A stretch of 64,000 nucleotides of DNA from Azolla caroliniana (Eukaryota > Plantae > Polypodiophyta). The notes under the pieces are model-generated. The model was not told where the DNA came from. It did no database searches and was given only the letters and a program-made list of their open reading frames with translations. The stretch is taken from contig JBHGNT010000012.1 of NCBI GenBank assembly GCA_043228905.1, forward strand, positions 2,976,001 through 3,040,000, written 5' to 3'. This document shows, piece by piece, positions 24,201 to 37,149 of this stretch (positions are counted from its first letter, which is position 1; the number at the start of each line of letters is the position of its first letter). A program made the translations under genes and the position numbers.

Positions 24201-27100
24201 GTAATCTCTACATTAAAAAAGAAGGAATTAAATAGAAACGTCAAGGTTAATATCATATGAGTTACCTTTGAACAATTTCATCAGTGCAGACGATACCTGA
24301 CTCTCATTGAGCTTATCATTTAAGTCCTCGCATCGGCTTTGCTCATTATCAAGTGATTCTTGCAAAGAATCCATTAGCTAAACAACAAATTGAAGAAATA
24401 AATTAATTATTTCCAACATTTCTTAGGAGGCCATAATTGTGTTATACCAAGAATGCCTTACCTTATTTTTTGTTTCAATCTCAAACTCCATGGATTCAAT
24501 CTTTTCAGACATAGCCTAAAAGCATGCCAGCATTTTTTGAAATTAAAACCATGTAGCAACATTAAAGCAATATTATCTTAGCAGGCACACTTAATAATTA
24601 TGTGCTATACCTTTTTCTCAGCTTCTTCTTGAAGGTACCGCTCCCGAGGTAGGTATACACCATTCTTTTCACGTGCAGCATTTATCTCTATAACAAATAA
24701 AAGTAAAATATTAGCAACATGGTCCTAACCATCATCACTGTCAGGCATGAACTATTACAAAATCTCACCTGCTTTAAGTTTTTCTTGCAGATTTCATCAT
24801 TTTTTGATTAACCTGGTGCAGAAAGAATCTTATCACTCTTGTCATTCGAGTACATGATTTTGTATCAACCTAACATTAGGCAAATTTACCTCTGGTTTAT
24901 TCTTAATGTTCTTTGCTCTATGTGCATAATCAAGGGTACTAAGGGTCTCCTCTAAACACAACACAGAGGGTGAAATAGTTGCAATAACGCAGGTCTTAGT
25001 CTTCCCTCCTAATGAATCTCTCAGAAGTCTTGTGAGCTTACTATCCCTGCATGAAAATTTGTAATATTTCATCAGATGTTTCATAAAAATTTTAGCAGAA
25101 CGGCTTCTTTCGTGTATGTCATAAGTGGCAGAGTATTTTACACACATACCTATATGGTATGTGACCTAGATGTTCGACCAACGCTGTGATAACTCGACCA
25201 AGAGTCAGTAAACTTTTGTTGATCTCTCCAGCTTCTCTTGCTCGACTCTGTTGTGGCAATAAGCCTTCTCTTTAGTGATTGTAGATTAAATGTAAAAACC
25301 CAATTATACTTGGTTTGTTATTTAAATTTAAGACTATGTTTGTTATGTTACAATGATAATACACACACATCTCTTGCGCCGGAGCGGGAGATGTTCTCTG
25401 ACCCCGCTAAGTCAACCAGGTTAAGCTTTCCACATTTCAAAAGCTCTTCGCCCTCGGGGGTTGCTTCCTTGATATGTATTGTGATTGAAAAGATTGAATG
25501 GGAACGGCTGAACATCAATATAAGAAGTTGGTTCATAAGTTTTCGAGGAAATGCATGCAATGGAACAAATGCAAGGACTGTAGAAAACATGATAAAGACC
25601 TATTCGAAAATTGTATTAACCATGATAGAGATCATTCCCAGAATTTGTGATGACCTTTAGAGAGACCAATTCCAGAGGCTATGAATCATTGATCAAACTG
25701 GTGACCAATTTGCAAAGACTATTAATCATTAATCTATGAAAGAGAACCGGTGATACCTACCTGCTTTGCTTGTTCAGCAATGTCTCCGCAGTTCTACGCT
25801 TTGCAGAACCTCGGTCAAGAAGGCTATAAATTTCAGTCGCACTGTAAACAATCTCTTCTTCCAGACCTCTTACCAACACCCCACCTTTACCATCCTCCAT
25901 CAAAGCAATGGGTTTCTTCTGTTTATCATCTAGTATCGACCTGTTCATCAGGTCTTCAGGGGCCAAGAGATCAGTTATTTCTTCATTGTAAAGCTCCAGA
26001 AACGTGACTTTCATACTGTACTCTGCATTCTGTGCTTCCAAAGTATCTACTATCTGCTGTACTGCGCGTGGTATGACTCCTGCATCCACTGGCATTTCTG
26101 CATCCTAAACGAATGAGCATGCATGAGTGTTTAGATGGAGGTGGGGAAAAAAGGTTTGTTTGAACAAAGGGGAATGAAATAGCTATTCTAGATAAAGGGA
26201 GAAAACTAAGCAAGTGATTTTCCTCCATGTCCTTCCATGATAAATGTCTATGAAATGCATACGTAAACAATTGTTTCCTTTTCATTTATTTCCACCACGT
26301 TGTATGGCTATGAATAGATAGATAGAATTGAAGTATCTAGTTTTGCTGATGAAACGAAAAAAAATAGTGATTCTTGGATATGATTTTTTTCCTGTCCCTT
26401 CATAGTAAATGTATAAAAAGAACTAATGAGAAAAGAGCGAAATTTAAAATGCGCGGATGGAACCTTTGTTTTCTTCCCATTGCCTTCCATGGTGAATGTT
26501 TTCCCCGTTCCCGTCTGTCCATAAGCGAAAATTGTACAGTTGAATCCTTCCAGAACTTCGTTTACAATAGGAACTATGGCTTGATCATATAGATCTTGTT
26601 GCCGAGCTTGAGGTCCAAAAACCTGAAGTAAAGCAAAGCATATCCGAGAAAGAGAGATTCAAACATCTCTCTGTCTTATATCCGTGTATCTGTGTATATC
26701 TGGAAAGAGGGACAAACAAAATGCAGATTTTTTTTTCTGACCTTATCGAACGTGAAGGTGCGATCAATTTGTTTGGAAGCTATACTTTGGCTAACCGTGA
26801 CTTCTCTGCGATGATCGTTGCAGGAAATGACCTGAGGAGCATTTGTTCGTAGTTCTTCGTCGTTGAACGGTCTGTTGAGACAAAAGTTCGAAATCCAAAA
26901 TGATCGGATTCGAAAAGAATAGAGAGATGGAGAACGGACAGGAGTATTCAAGTGATTTTTATGGAGTGTTTTTACCTGCATCGGAGAAGGACCTGAACAT
27001 TCACGCCTTTGTCTTTGTCTTTGTCTTTGGAGTCGACGGATCGAGGTCCCATGGCGGAAGCTGGGCTAGTGGGAAAGAGGACGGTAGGAGGGGGGGCCAT
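21215..27100 (-). CDS. Kinesin-5 (BimC/KRP125-type) paralog A, ~23 exons; frameshifted in exon 24769-24812 as assembled, so possibly a pseudogene
   Basis: Start MAPPPTV...[12 protein letters not shown] (exon 27100-26976); P-loop GQTGTGKT (~26500-26525); [14 protein letters not shown]; RDSKLTRLL; coiled-coil exons; BimC-box-like PTGLTPTKK; C-terminal RSPLTAVN. Confidence 0.9.
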
Positions 27101-27188
27101 TGGAGTAGAAGAAGAAGACTATACAGGCGCACCAAAAGAAGAGAAGCTTCGAAGAAGAAGAAGAAGAAGCAGCTTCAGCAGAGAACAA

Positions 27189-27191
<3 letters not shown>

Positions 27192-27243
<52 letters not shown>
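27192..27243. repeat. (GA)n microsatellite in the kinesin A 5' region
   Basis: Pure GA run, flanked by GAA/GGAA/GACA repeats. Confidence 0.95.
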
Positions 27244-27245
<2 letters not shown>

Positions 27246-27620
27246 CAATACACTTGAGCTGCGGCAGCGGCAGCAGAAGAAAAGAAGATCCTGCAGAGAA
27301 CAATAAAAAGGAAGAAACGGGAAGGAAAAGGAAGAAGAGGCGGCAGAAGGAGAAGAAGAAGGAAGGAAGGAAGGAAGGAAGGAAGGAAGCTTCTGCAGAA
27401 GAAGCGGGAGCGATGGCGAAAGAAGAAGCAAAGAACAGACAGACAGACAGACAGAAAGAGAGAGAAGATTTGAAATTGAAGAGGAGGAGGAGGAGGAGGA
27501 GGAATCGGACCGTTTTCATAAATAAATTTGGGGGTTTCAAAAAAAGGAATGGAAAAAGGAAAAGGAAAAGGAAAGAAGAAGCAAGAAGAAGATTTTAGAC
27601 AAAAAAGATTAAAAAAGAGC

Positions 27621-27768
27621 AGATTAGATTAGATTAGATCGGGGATTTGGATTAGATCAGATGAGATTAGATTGGATTAGATGAGATTAGATTTGGATTA
27701 GATCAAATGAGATTAGATTTGGATTAGATCCGATGAGATTAGATTTGGATTAGATGAGATTAGATTAG
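27621..27768. repeat. (GATTA)-based compound repeat between the kinesin A promoter and the Copia LTR
   Basis: Repeated atgagattagatttggattag units of about 21-26 bp. Confidence 0.85.
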
Positions 27769-30700
27769 TGCATTACGTTTTTTGTTTTAGTGTCCGTAGT
27801 GAAGTGATTTATTTACACCCGGGCGTAACACAACAAATATGCTGAGACACAAAACGGAAATCCGATCCGCAACGCAACACACGATTTGCGTGGAAAATCC
27901 CAAATCAGGGGAAAAGAACCACGGGTGCCCTTCGGTCACCAAAACTTCACTGTAATCGGAGAGGATACAACTAGGTATATAGCAAGAGCTCCCCCTTTAT
28001 TTAGCTCATTGTAGGAGTCACCAAGAGCTTTGATAATCGGAGAGGATACAACTAGGTGATGGTGTTGCTTGAATTCTTGAGCGTCTAAAACCACAACTAG
28101 GGGTTCGACGGTCCACAACCACAAACACCTTTTTGTTTGTCCCTCTGTGTTTTCTTCCTATTCACTCATACACTCTCTGTCTCTCACTCTTTTCTCCTGC
28201 ACTCACACTCTCTGTGTTTCCTTGCTTCCTCTCACACTCAGCCCCAACATTGTGTGTCTCACACAGCCCATGCTATTAGAGCTCTCGCACTCTCTCGGTG
28301 CTTCTTTGATTTGTGTTCTCTCTCTCTCTATTCTCTCTTCCTCTCACGCACTCACTGTTCACTATATTCTTCTTTCGTGCGCAAGTAATAATCTTACACA
28401 TAAAACCTACATACATACATACATATATGTATGTATGTATGTATTCGACCATTCGGCCGATTTCGACCAGCCAACTCTCGTTCGGCTTCTCGGCCGATTG
28501 GTTAAAGGCCGAGCGAGAAAGTTCCTGCCTTCGGCTTTTCAGCCGTCTCCCCCATCAGGAGGGACGTGCTTCCATAACAAACTCCCCCTTCACTCCTATA
28601 TGGGGGGAGTCAACCGGACCAAATTTTCACCAACAAGCGATGAGTTTTTCCATAGATAAAATTTTAGTAAGCATGTCTGATCCATTATCATTGGTATGGA
28701 TCTTCGCTAAAACAACCTCATTTTTATCCACTCTCTCTCGTAACCAATGATACCTTCTTTGAATGTGTTTTGTATGAGAGTGATAGGCAGCGTTCTTGGC
28801 CATGTGGATGACACTCTAATTATCGCAATGAAGTAGGAAATTTTCTTGCTTCATTCCTAATTCACTTAGAAAATCCCTCATCTAAATCTATTATTTCCCG
28901 ACCTCCATTGTTGCCATGTACTCAACCTCTGTGATCGAAAAAGCCACAACCTTTTGCAATCTTGATTGTCATGACACAGCCCCCCCCTGCTTGTTGACTG
29001 TTCCAATAGCAAATGCAATGTCCGGGCTTGTGTAGAAAGAAAGAAAGATATATTAACGTCTTCTAAGGCCAAAATTGGCCCATGAGACAAATGGTTTACA
29101 ACAAAAAATGGGATATTGATCCATTTCATCGAAAGTAAAAAATAAAAATAAAATTAGAGTTTTAAGCTAAATAGTTCTAGTAAAATAACAAACATGTTCT
29201 ACAATGAAAATGATGTTATACTAGGCCTAATTTCATTTCTATCCAAGTCCTTCTCGAATGTCATCTGAGCCTTATCTTGCTCAATTTTCGGGCATTGACC
29301 TGAATTTAGCTTACAGTTCACCAGCAATGGAGATCCAACAAATTTTGCATTGTACATGTTAAACCTTTGCAAAACTTTCGTCACATATTTCTCTTGTGAC
29401 AGTCATAACATGTTTTTAGTCTTGTCCTGGACTATATGCATTCCCAAATATATGTTTTGCCAAACCTAAATCCTTCATGGCAAAGGATTTGCTTAAGGCC
29501 TTCTTCAAGCTAGCAATCTTCTTAGCATTCTGTCCAACAATTAACATATCATCTACATACAACAAGAGAATCAGAAAATCACCTTCATCATACCTTTTCA
29601 CATATACACAATGATCGGCTTGTGCATTGTGTTTCTTCGGCATGAAGGATTCAAAAAATTTATAGCATTGTCGAGGAGCTTGCTTCAACCCATACAAGCT
29701 CTTCCTCAATCTACATACAAGATTCTCTTTTCCTTTCACCTCAAAGCCCTCCAACTGCTGCATATAGATTTCCTCTTCCAACTTTCCATGCAAAAATGTT
29801 GTTTTTACATCCAACTGTTCAATCTCCAAGTTCATAATGGTAGCCATGCTCGAAACAAGTTTGGATGGAAGTCATCTTGACTATTGAGCAAAAATCTCAT
29901 CAAAATCAACACCTTTTTTTCTTGAAAACCCTTCACTACAATACGAGCCTTATACCTAGGTATACTCTCATCTTCTCTAGTCTTTAATTTGTAGACCCAT
30001 TTGTTTCTTAGTGCCTTCTTTCCATCAAGCAGCTCCATTAGCTCATAGGTGTGGCTCTCATGCAAGGAATCCATTTCCTCTTGCATGACACTATACCACT
30101 TGTCCTTGTGTACATCAATCATGGTTTCTTCATAGCATTTTGGTTCCCCTTCATCAATCAAGAGATCATATTGACTGGTTGGATACCGAGAGGAGGCATT
30201 CCTTTGTCTTAGTGAATATCTTATTCCTTCAACAACTGACTTAGATTCGGTTTCTTCTGTCAACTCATCTTCCAACTAAGATTCATGTGCATCAGCCTAT
30301 TGTTGTGTACCAACCAACTCAGATTCGGCTTCATCAACCCATTGTTGTCTACCGGCTGGTTGTGCGAAAGGGGGATCGACTAGTGCTGAGTCCATAACAG
30401 TAGTTGACTAGGAAGACGACACTAGTTTTTGATGTCTCCAGTCTTCAATCATGTTGTCTTCCATGAATACAATATCATGGCTCCTTACCACCTTCTTATC
30501 AAGAAGATCCCACTGCCTGTACCTGAACTCATCTTCTGAGTACCCCAAGAATATGCAAGGCTTAGACTTGTTGTCCAGCTTTGACCTCTGAACTTTTGCA
30601 ACATGCATATAAGTTAAGCATCAGAACACCCTAAAAAGTGTTGGTAAGACACACTTCTTCCTTTCCACACCCTCTATGGGACATCACCCTTTAGAGGCAC

Positions 30701-32114
30701 TGAGGGAGACTTGTTTATAAGGTAAACAACCGTCAACATTGCCTCAACCCAATATGACTTTGGCAATTTAGCATGCGACAACATGCTTCTTACCCTTTCC
30801 ATTATGGTCCGATTCATTCTCTATGTTAGACCATTCAGCTCAGGTGTCTTCGGCAATGTATACTCAAGTTTGATGCCTTGAGTCTTGCGATACATATTGA
30901 ATTGGCCTCTATACTCACCATCGTTATCTGTTCGGACAACTTTCAACTTTTGTCCAGATTCTCTTTCTGCCCTCCCATGAAACTCTTGAAAGACTGACAA
31001 CACTTGGTCTTTAGACTTTAGCACGAAAGCCCACAACTTTCTGCTGAAGTCATCAATAAAAGTCACGACGCATTGTCCACCACGATGCGATGGAACATCC
31101 ACATAACACACATATGTGTGGACCAGTTCTATGGCACATTCTCTTCTCATCGGAGGCCTAGAGTGAAAGGCACATCTGTTTTGCTTTCCAGCCAAGCAGT
31201 CTACACATTTTTCAAGATGTATTCCTTTCACTTCTGTTAAGACAAGGATATGCATTCCCCTTTCGCTCATGTGGCCAAGCCTTTTATGACACAACTCACC
31301 ATCTAAGTCGGTCACCACATTAGCCTCATCTCGGCACAATTTTGCATGCATTGCATACAATGTGTTCTGCTTTTGTGTTTGAGCCACAATCAAACTCCCC
31401 TTACAAAACTTCCATGTGCCATTATGAAAACTACTGTTGTAGCCTTCATTGTCCAACCGTCCAGCCGACATCAAATTCAATTTGACATCTAGAACGTGGC
31501 GCACATCCTTTAACATTGACTGCAACCAATATATGTTAACAAGCACACATTTCCTATGCCCACAATCTTGCATTCATCGTTGTTTCCCATCCTTATATAG
31601 CCATAATCACCGGATGTGTACGATGAGAAACATTCTCTTTTGGGAGTTAGGTGAAATGATGCACCAGAATCAACTACCCAATATCACTCAACATGTGCAA
31701 CATTCACACTAGCTTGTTCACAAATAAATAGCATTTCTTCCTCACTGGTTGCAATGACTGAAGGTGTTTTATCATCTGTAAAATTTTTGGGTTCAACATC
31801 ATCAACCATGCCTTTGTCCTTCTGAAGGTGTCGACAATTCTTTTGACAATGACCAGGTTTCCCGCAATAGAACCATGTGGGTCTTCCTCTAGAATTTGAC
31901 TTGGCAAAAGACTTATCTCTATTTTCAGGACTTCTATGTTTGCTTCTTCTTCTACCAAGGTCTTGTGCCACATTCGCTTCTAATTGAGACAAGGAACTTT
32001 TATCCTTTCTTCTTGTCTCTTCGTTCAAAATGCTTGTTTTCAGTACTTGTAAAGACAAGTTCTCTTCTTTACAAGAGGCACTAAATGACTCTATTAGGTT
32101 CTCCCAACTATCTG

Positions 32115-32569
32115 TGTTACGGGCATGATCATTTAATATCCCGCGGTGAGAATTTACCGTAGTATTCTATACACGTGGATAAGTGTGAGGGTTAATCGAG
32201 AGTGTAAAGAAGGGGAAGATTACTTTTAATCCTCGGGATTGAGACAACCCATTAGGTAAGGTGTGAACTTGCCCGGGGGCCTTGGGTATCGCTATAAATA
32301 AGAGGCCTAGCTACCCTCATTTGATCATCTTTTGACTACATCGAGACTCTGCTCTTGTGGTGGGTCAACTCTTGTAGCGAGCGCGTTAGCACCAGGTACA
32401 ACTCGACGCCACGGCGGTGGTATGGGACGCCAATCGAGGCTCGAGTCCGTCTCGATCCCTTCGCTCGGGGGTGGTCGGGTGGATCGACACCCTTCATTCT
32501 CTTTCTCCTTTCTATCTATCATTAGTTTATCCTTATCTTAAGCTTACTTTAGTACCTAGATCTCTAATA
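32115..32569. mobile_element. Solo LTR (455 bp) inserted in the Copia gag
   Basis: TGTTA...TAATA ends; 5-bp TSD ATCTG (32110-32114)/ATTTG (32570-32574); removing it restores gag TLPDSWE; TATAAATA near 32293. Confidence 0.88.
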
Positions 32570-32970
32570 ATTTGGTAGAGTACATAGTAGTAACAGGGCC
32601 TGCATAACATCATCTAATGGGAACTTCACTGATGCTAATTGGTTTACTAGTCCCATGAAAGCATTTATGTGCACCACAATGCTATCGCCATCTGTGTACT
32701 TTAGTCTCACTATTTTCCTCATCATGGAAGTTTTGTTTAGGGCGTTTTTCCTTTCATACACAACAAAGAGTTTATGCCACAACTCGTGGGCATTTGTATC
32801 ACTTACTACATGTTGTAGGATACTTATGTCTACACATTGTCTTATGGTTGCTACAACCTTTTTCTTTAGGATTTTCCACTCAACTCTAGTACTCCTATTG
32901 GTATATCTTTCTTATCTATTGGCTCATACAGGTCTTTAACTATTAGAAGATCCTCCATCTTGATAGTTAT

Positions 32971-33201
32971 GGGAGTTTAAAACTATCATCCCTGGAAATC
33001 CACTCATATTTCCTTCCATCTAGGACCTAGTGCTATGATACTAGATTGAAGTGATTTACACTAAGACGTAAACAACAAATATGCTGGGAGTTTAGAACTA
33101 TCATCCCTGGAAATCCACTCATATTTCCTTCCATCTAGGACCTAGTGCTATGATACTAGATTGAAGTGATTTACACTAAGACGTAAACAACAAATATGCT
33201 G
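32971..33201. repeat. 115-bp tandem duplication spanning the Copia PBS-LTR junction
   Basis: Copies start at 32971 and 33086; each contains gctatgatacta plus the LTR terminus tgaagtgattt. Confidence 0.9.
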
Positions 33202-33707
33202 AGACACAAAACAAAAATCAAGCAATACACGATTTACGTGAAAAATCCCAAATTTGGGAAAAAAAACCATGGGTGCCCTTCGGTCACCAATACTTCACTA
33301 TAATAAGAGAGGATGCAACTAGGTAGTAAGAGCTCCCCTTAGCTCACTATAGGAGTCACCGAGAGCTTTGATAATACCACAACCTTGATGAAAAAACAAC
33401 ACTTCCAAAGAGAAACAAGAAGAGGGTTTGGAACGACTAAACATGCGTAGGTGATGGTGTTGCTTGAACTCTTGATTGAGTGTCTGAAACCACAACTAGG
33501 GTTTCGACAGTCCACTGCCACAAACACCTTTTTGTTTGTCCCTCTGTGTTTTCTTCCTATTCACTCACACACACTCTGTCTCTCACTCTTTTCTCCTGCA
33601 ACTCAGACTCTCTGTGTTTCTTTGCCTCCTCTCACACTTAGCCCAACAGTGTAGTGTGCCTCTCGCACAACCCACGGTATCAAAGCTCTCGCACTCTCTC
33701 AGCTTTG

Positions 33708-33738
<31 letters not shown>

Positions 33739-33819
33739 CTCTCTTCTTCTCACATGCTCATCGTTCACTATATTCTTCTTTTGTGCGCAGATAATAATCT
33801 TACACATAAAACCTAACTT

Positions 33820-33854
<35 letters not shown>

Positions 33855-36297
33855 ATATGTATATATGTATGTATTTGACCATTCAGTCGAGTCTCATTCA
33901 GCCAATTTCGACCAGCCGACTCTCGTTTGGCTTCTCGTCCAATTTCAGCCAACCGACTCCCATTCGGCCTCTCAATCGATTTTGGCAAGCTAACTCTCAT
34001 TTGGCCTATCGGCCGATTTTTGGCTTTTCAGCCGTCTCCCCCATCAGTAGGGACAAGCTTCCATATAATGGTTGCATTGATGGCCCACAATGTGTATGCG
34101 AACATATGTTTATATGTCCACCCATGAAGATCCTATGGTTGGTTGGGTGTGTATGTGTACTACTACCACTAGTAACACTACTTCAGTTGAGGGTTGGGGG
34201 GTCGTCTCCACGTGTCCATATCTTGCTCACTCTTTGTATGACTCCACCCGAAATAACATCACCCCCCTTCGGTTTTGTTCTTGTACATGACTCACGAGCG
34301 AACCATCATGCACACAAACGAGTGTGTGTCGGTCCCGTAACCAAGTTTTTGGTATACATCTGTCCCTTAGACTGCCTATGACATTGTTTAAATGTCAATC
34401 GGATACATGCTTGTGCATAAGTTGTGAAACTTCCAGGTCCACTTTCTTTTTTGCACAATTGAACAACATGGAGTCATCATTGCACTCCTTCCATCCAACA
34501 TCAAGATCGTGTCCTAGTTCTAGGCACTCATATATATGTGTATGCATATATCTTTATATAGGTTGGGTTATCTATATGTTATCTACAACCCAATGTTCAC
34601 AAATAAAAGTGCATCCAATTCCTTGTGAAATGAATAATTTATGGATTAAAAAACGAACATGTTGGTTTCTTGTGAAATCCTTTACATTTATCGTATTTTT
34701 CTTCTAGATTTATTGTCAAATTGCGTGTGGAAATGCATCCAAGGTTCACGACACCATCATCTAAAAGACAAGATGAGATAGAACAAGAGAGTGTCCCTAA
34801 AAGAAGGGAAAATGATTATTAAGCATATACTTGTTTGTGAGAAAACAAACTTTTTGAAATAAAAACAAGTAAATCGTTCAATGGTCATCAAAGTATGTGT
34901 TCTATATTTTCATAAAACAATATTATTGTTCTTCGAAAGATATCCATCATAAGTCGATCCATGTCTTGAAAGTGAGGAAACTAAGCTTTGATTGATTTGA
35001 ATTGTGTGGAAATGGCATATGGGTTGTGTTCCATCTCAATCGTGACACGGTCATAGTTGTTTTTATATTTGTATATTGAAATGCCCATGAAAGTTTGCGT
35101 AATTAAGGACGTCTATTGGGGATGAGGACTCATAGTGGAATCTCATTGGCTTTTCACGTGGACTTCTCCACACTTGGAGTGTGGAGGTTATGGTATTGCT
35201 TACAAATGCAACATTAGGTCTACAACGGGCCAAGCCTCCTGTGGAAAGACAAGAACACAACAATCTCATCACCTCATACGAGAAACATGTTGTTTATTTG
35301 GACAATTCTTTATTTGGCTTATAACAACATAAAGTGTGCCTAAGAGACAAGTGGATTGAAATAGAGTTGGATATCAAAATTTTATGATAATAGGGGTAAG
35401 AGGGGTTAATGATCAACCATCTTTCCACCGAGCAACACTTCCTATATGTTCATGCATGCTATGCATTTGACTTTGTGACATCTATGCTAACCATTATGCT
35501 ATTCTATACTCAACAAATTGTAGATAAAGATTCATATGTTGTAACTTATATAGGCAAAAGAATCACATCGTTCATGTTTTGTGATTGTAACCATCCTTTC
35601 AACCAAGCATACATCATCGAGTGCTTCGTGTGGTTTTGATATAGACCTTACTCTTTGAAGTATAGAATGCACATATTGCAATCGAAAGGGCTTCATATCA
35701 ATTAATGTTGTCCCCGAACTCAACACAACCAATTGTTTGACGAAACATCAAGACTTTGCCCTCTTTATTTTTTTCATCAATAAATCATAAAGTTAAGGCT
35801 TAGGGCATATGATGTCAATTTTTTATAGGTAGGTTGTAATCAAAGTCGATGATAGAAAGGGGCCACCGGTACAATGTCAAAGAGCATCCACAATGTGCCT
35901 ACTCTTGTTTCTTCGTGTCAACCCCAATAAGCCTCTTCAAGGCTTCTAAGGGGTGGGGTAAGTCTATCACCCTCGACTATGTAGACAATTTACAAGTTAT
36001 ATTGTTACAAGCAAGCAATATAACACAATTATTGATTTTTAAAAACATTAACCTGAGTCCATAACAATCATGGCAGGTGGGGATAAATGATATTATCGTT
36101 CTCGTTAAAATAACTCCCAAACCACGAATGATTGTTGACATCCACCATTTCGAATGAGAAGGTTACTGGGTCTTATAGAGAAGCAATACCACAGGAGCAT
36201 GGAACGATCGTATGACCACAAAAATTTGAACAAAAGGCCTGCTATTATACATTGTAAGGTGGGGGATAAAAAGCTTGGGATGCCCATTCGCGAGCTG

Positions 36298-36490
36298 TTG
36301 AGAGGGAGTAAGTAAAAGCGGCGAAACATGCCGACAGACCCTCTGGTTGTCCGGGATCAAGCAACGCAAGTGCATCATCCAAGGGGATGTAACCCCTTGA
36401 GAGGGAGTAAGCAAACGAGGCGAAACAAGTCGGCGGACAATCACTTTGTCGGGGATCAAGCAATGCAAAGAGCATCATCATCATCCGAGG
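36298..36490. repeat. Two diverged copies of a ~99-bp unit
   Basis: ttgagagggagtaag...gggatcaagcaa..gcatcatc occurs at 36298 and 36397. Confidence 0.75.
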
Positions 36491-36671
36491 GAATAATGAG
36501 AGCTGGAGGGTGAATATTCGGCTCGAGAAGTAAAGAGAAGATTGAACTGAGTGGCTTGTATCGCCCCGTGCTACCGAGAAAACTCAACTCTTGGATGGGA
36601 ACTCCTTCCTAACACACACACACACATTACAAGAATAGCAAAACTAGATCCTTTCCCCAACAACATCACCA

Positions 36672-37097
36672 GAATCCAATCTCTTGCAGTTTTATTAGGT
36701 GATCTATCATCAATGTATCAATCAATCAATCTATATAAAGTACAAAAGCTCAAGTGCTCCAATGGTGGTTTAAGGTAGCAGAATAGAGTCTCTGCTAGTA
36801 TTATTAGGTGATCTATCTGTCTATCCATCTATATACATAAACTACAAAAGCCCAAGTGCTCCAATTGTGGTTTAAGGTTGCAGAATAGAATCTCAGCTAG
36901 TATTACTAGGTAATCTATCTAACTATCTATATAAAGTACAAAAAGCTCAAGTGCTCCAATGGTGGTTTAAGGTTGCAGGAAAGAATCTCTGCTAGTATTA
37001 TTAGGTGATCTATCTATCTATCTATCTATCTATCTATTGATCGATCTATATACAGTACAAAAAGCCCAAGTGCTCCAATGGTGGTTTAATGTTGCAG
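36672..37097 (+). repeat. ~100-bp tandem repeat, 4 copies, immediately upstream of the oxygenase ATG
   Basis: Each copy has tattaggt, variable (ATCT)n, a TATA-like stretch and caagtgctccaat..gtggtttaa.gt.gcag. Confidence 0.88.
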
Positions 37098-37149
37098 AGA
37101 CATTAGAACATCGAGAAGGAGAGAGAAAATATCGATCCAGAGTAAAGAA

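Larger units (their letters stand above)
27800..34067 (-). mobile_element. Decayed Ty1/copia (Tnt1/Tork-like) LTR retrotransposon
   Basis: LTRs 27800-28579 and ~33162-34067 (diverged); PPT GGAGTGAAGGGGGAG on - at ~28582-28596; degenerate tRNA-Met PBS; gag UBN2 and zinc knuckle (YCGKPGHCQKNC), integrase (FIDDFSR, RTDNDGEY), RT (QLDVKT, LYVDDML), RNase H (HCDN, TKHI) with stops and frameshifts. Confidence 0.9.

Noticed and set aside
27314-27515. MSA (AACGG) G2/M elements near kinesin A
   Set aside because: Only bare 5-mers, expected by chance.
26900-27598. 232-aa R/K/E-rich ORF and overlapping ORFs
   Set aside because: Translations of GA/GAA microsatellites antisense to the kinesin A 5' region.
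27795-34075. TSD for the Copia element
   Set aside because: Left flank CGTAG is not matched at the degraded right end, so the pairing of the two LTRs is likely but unproven.
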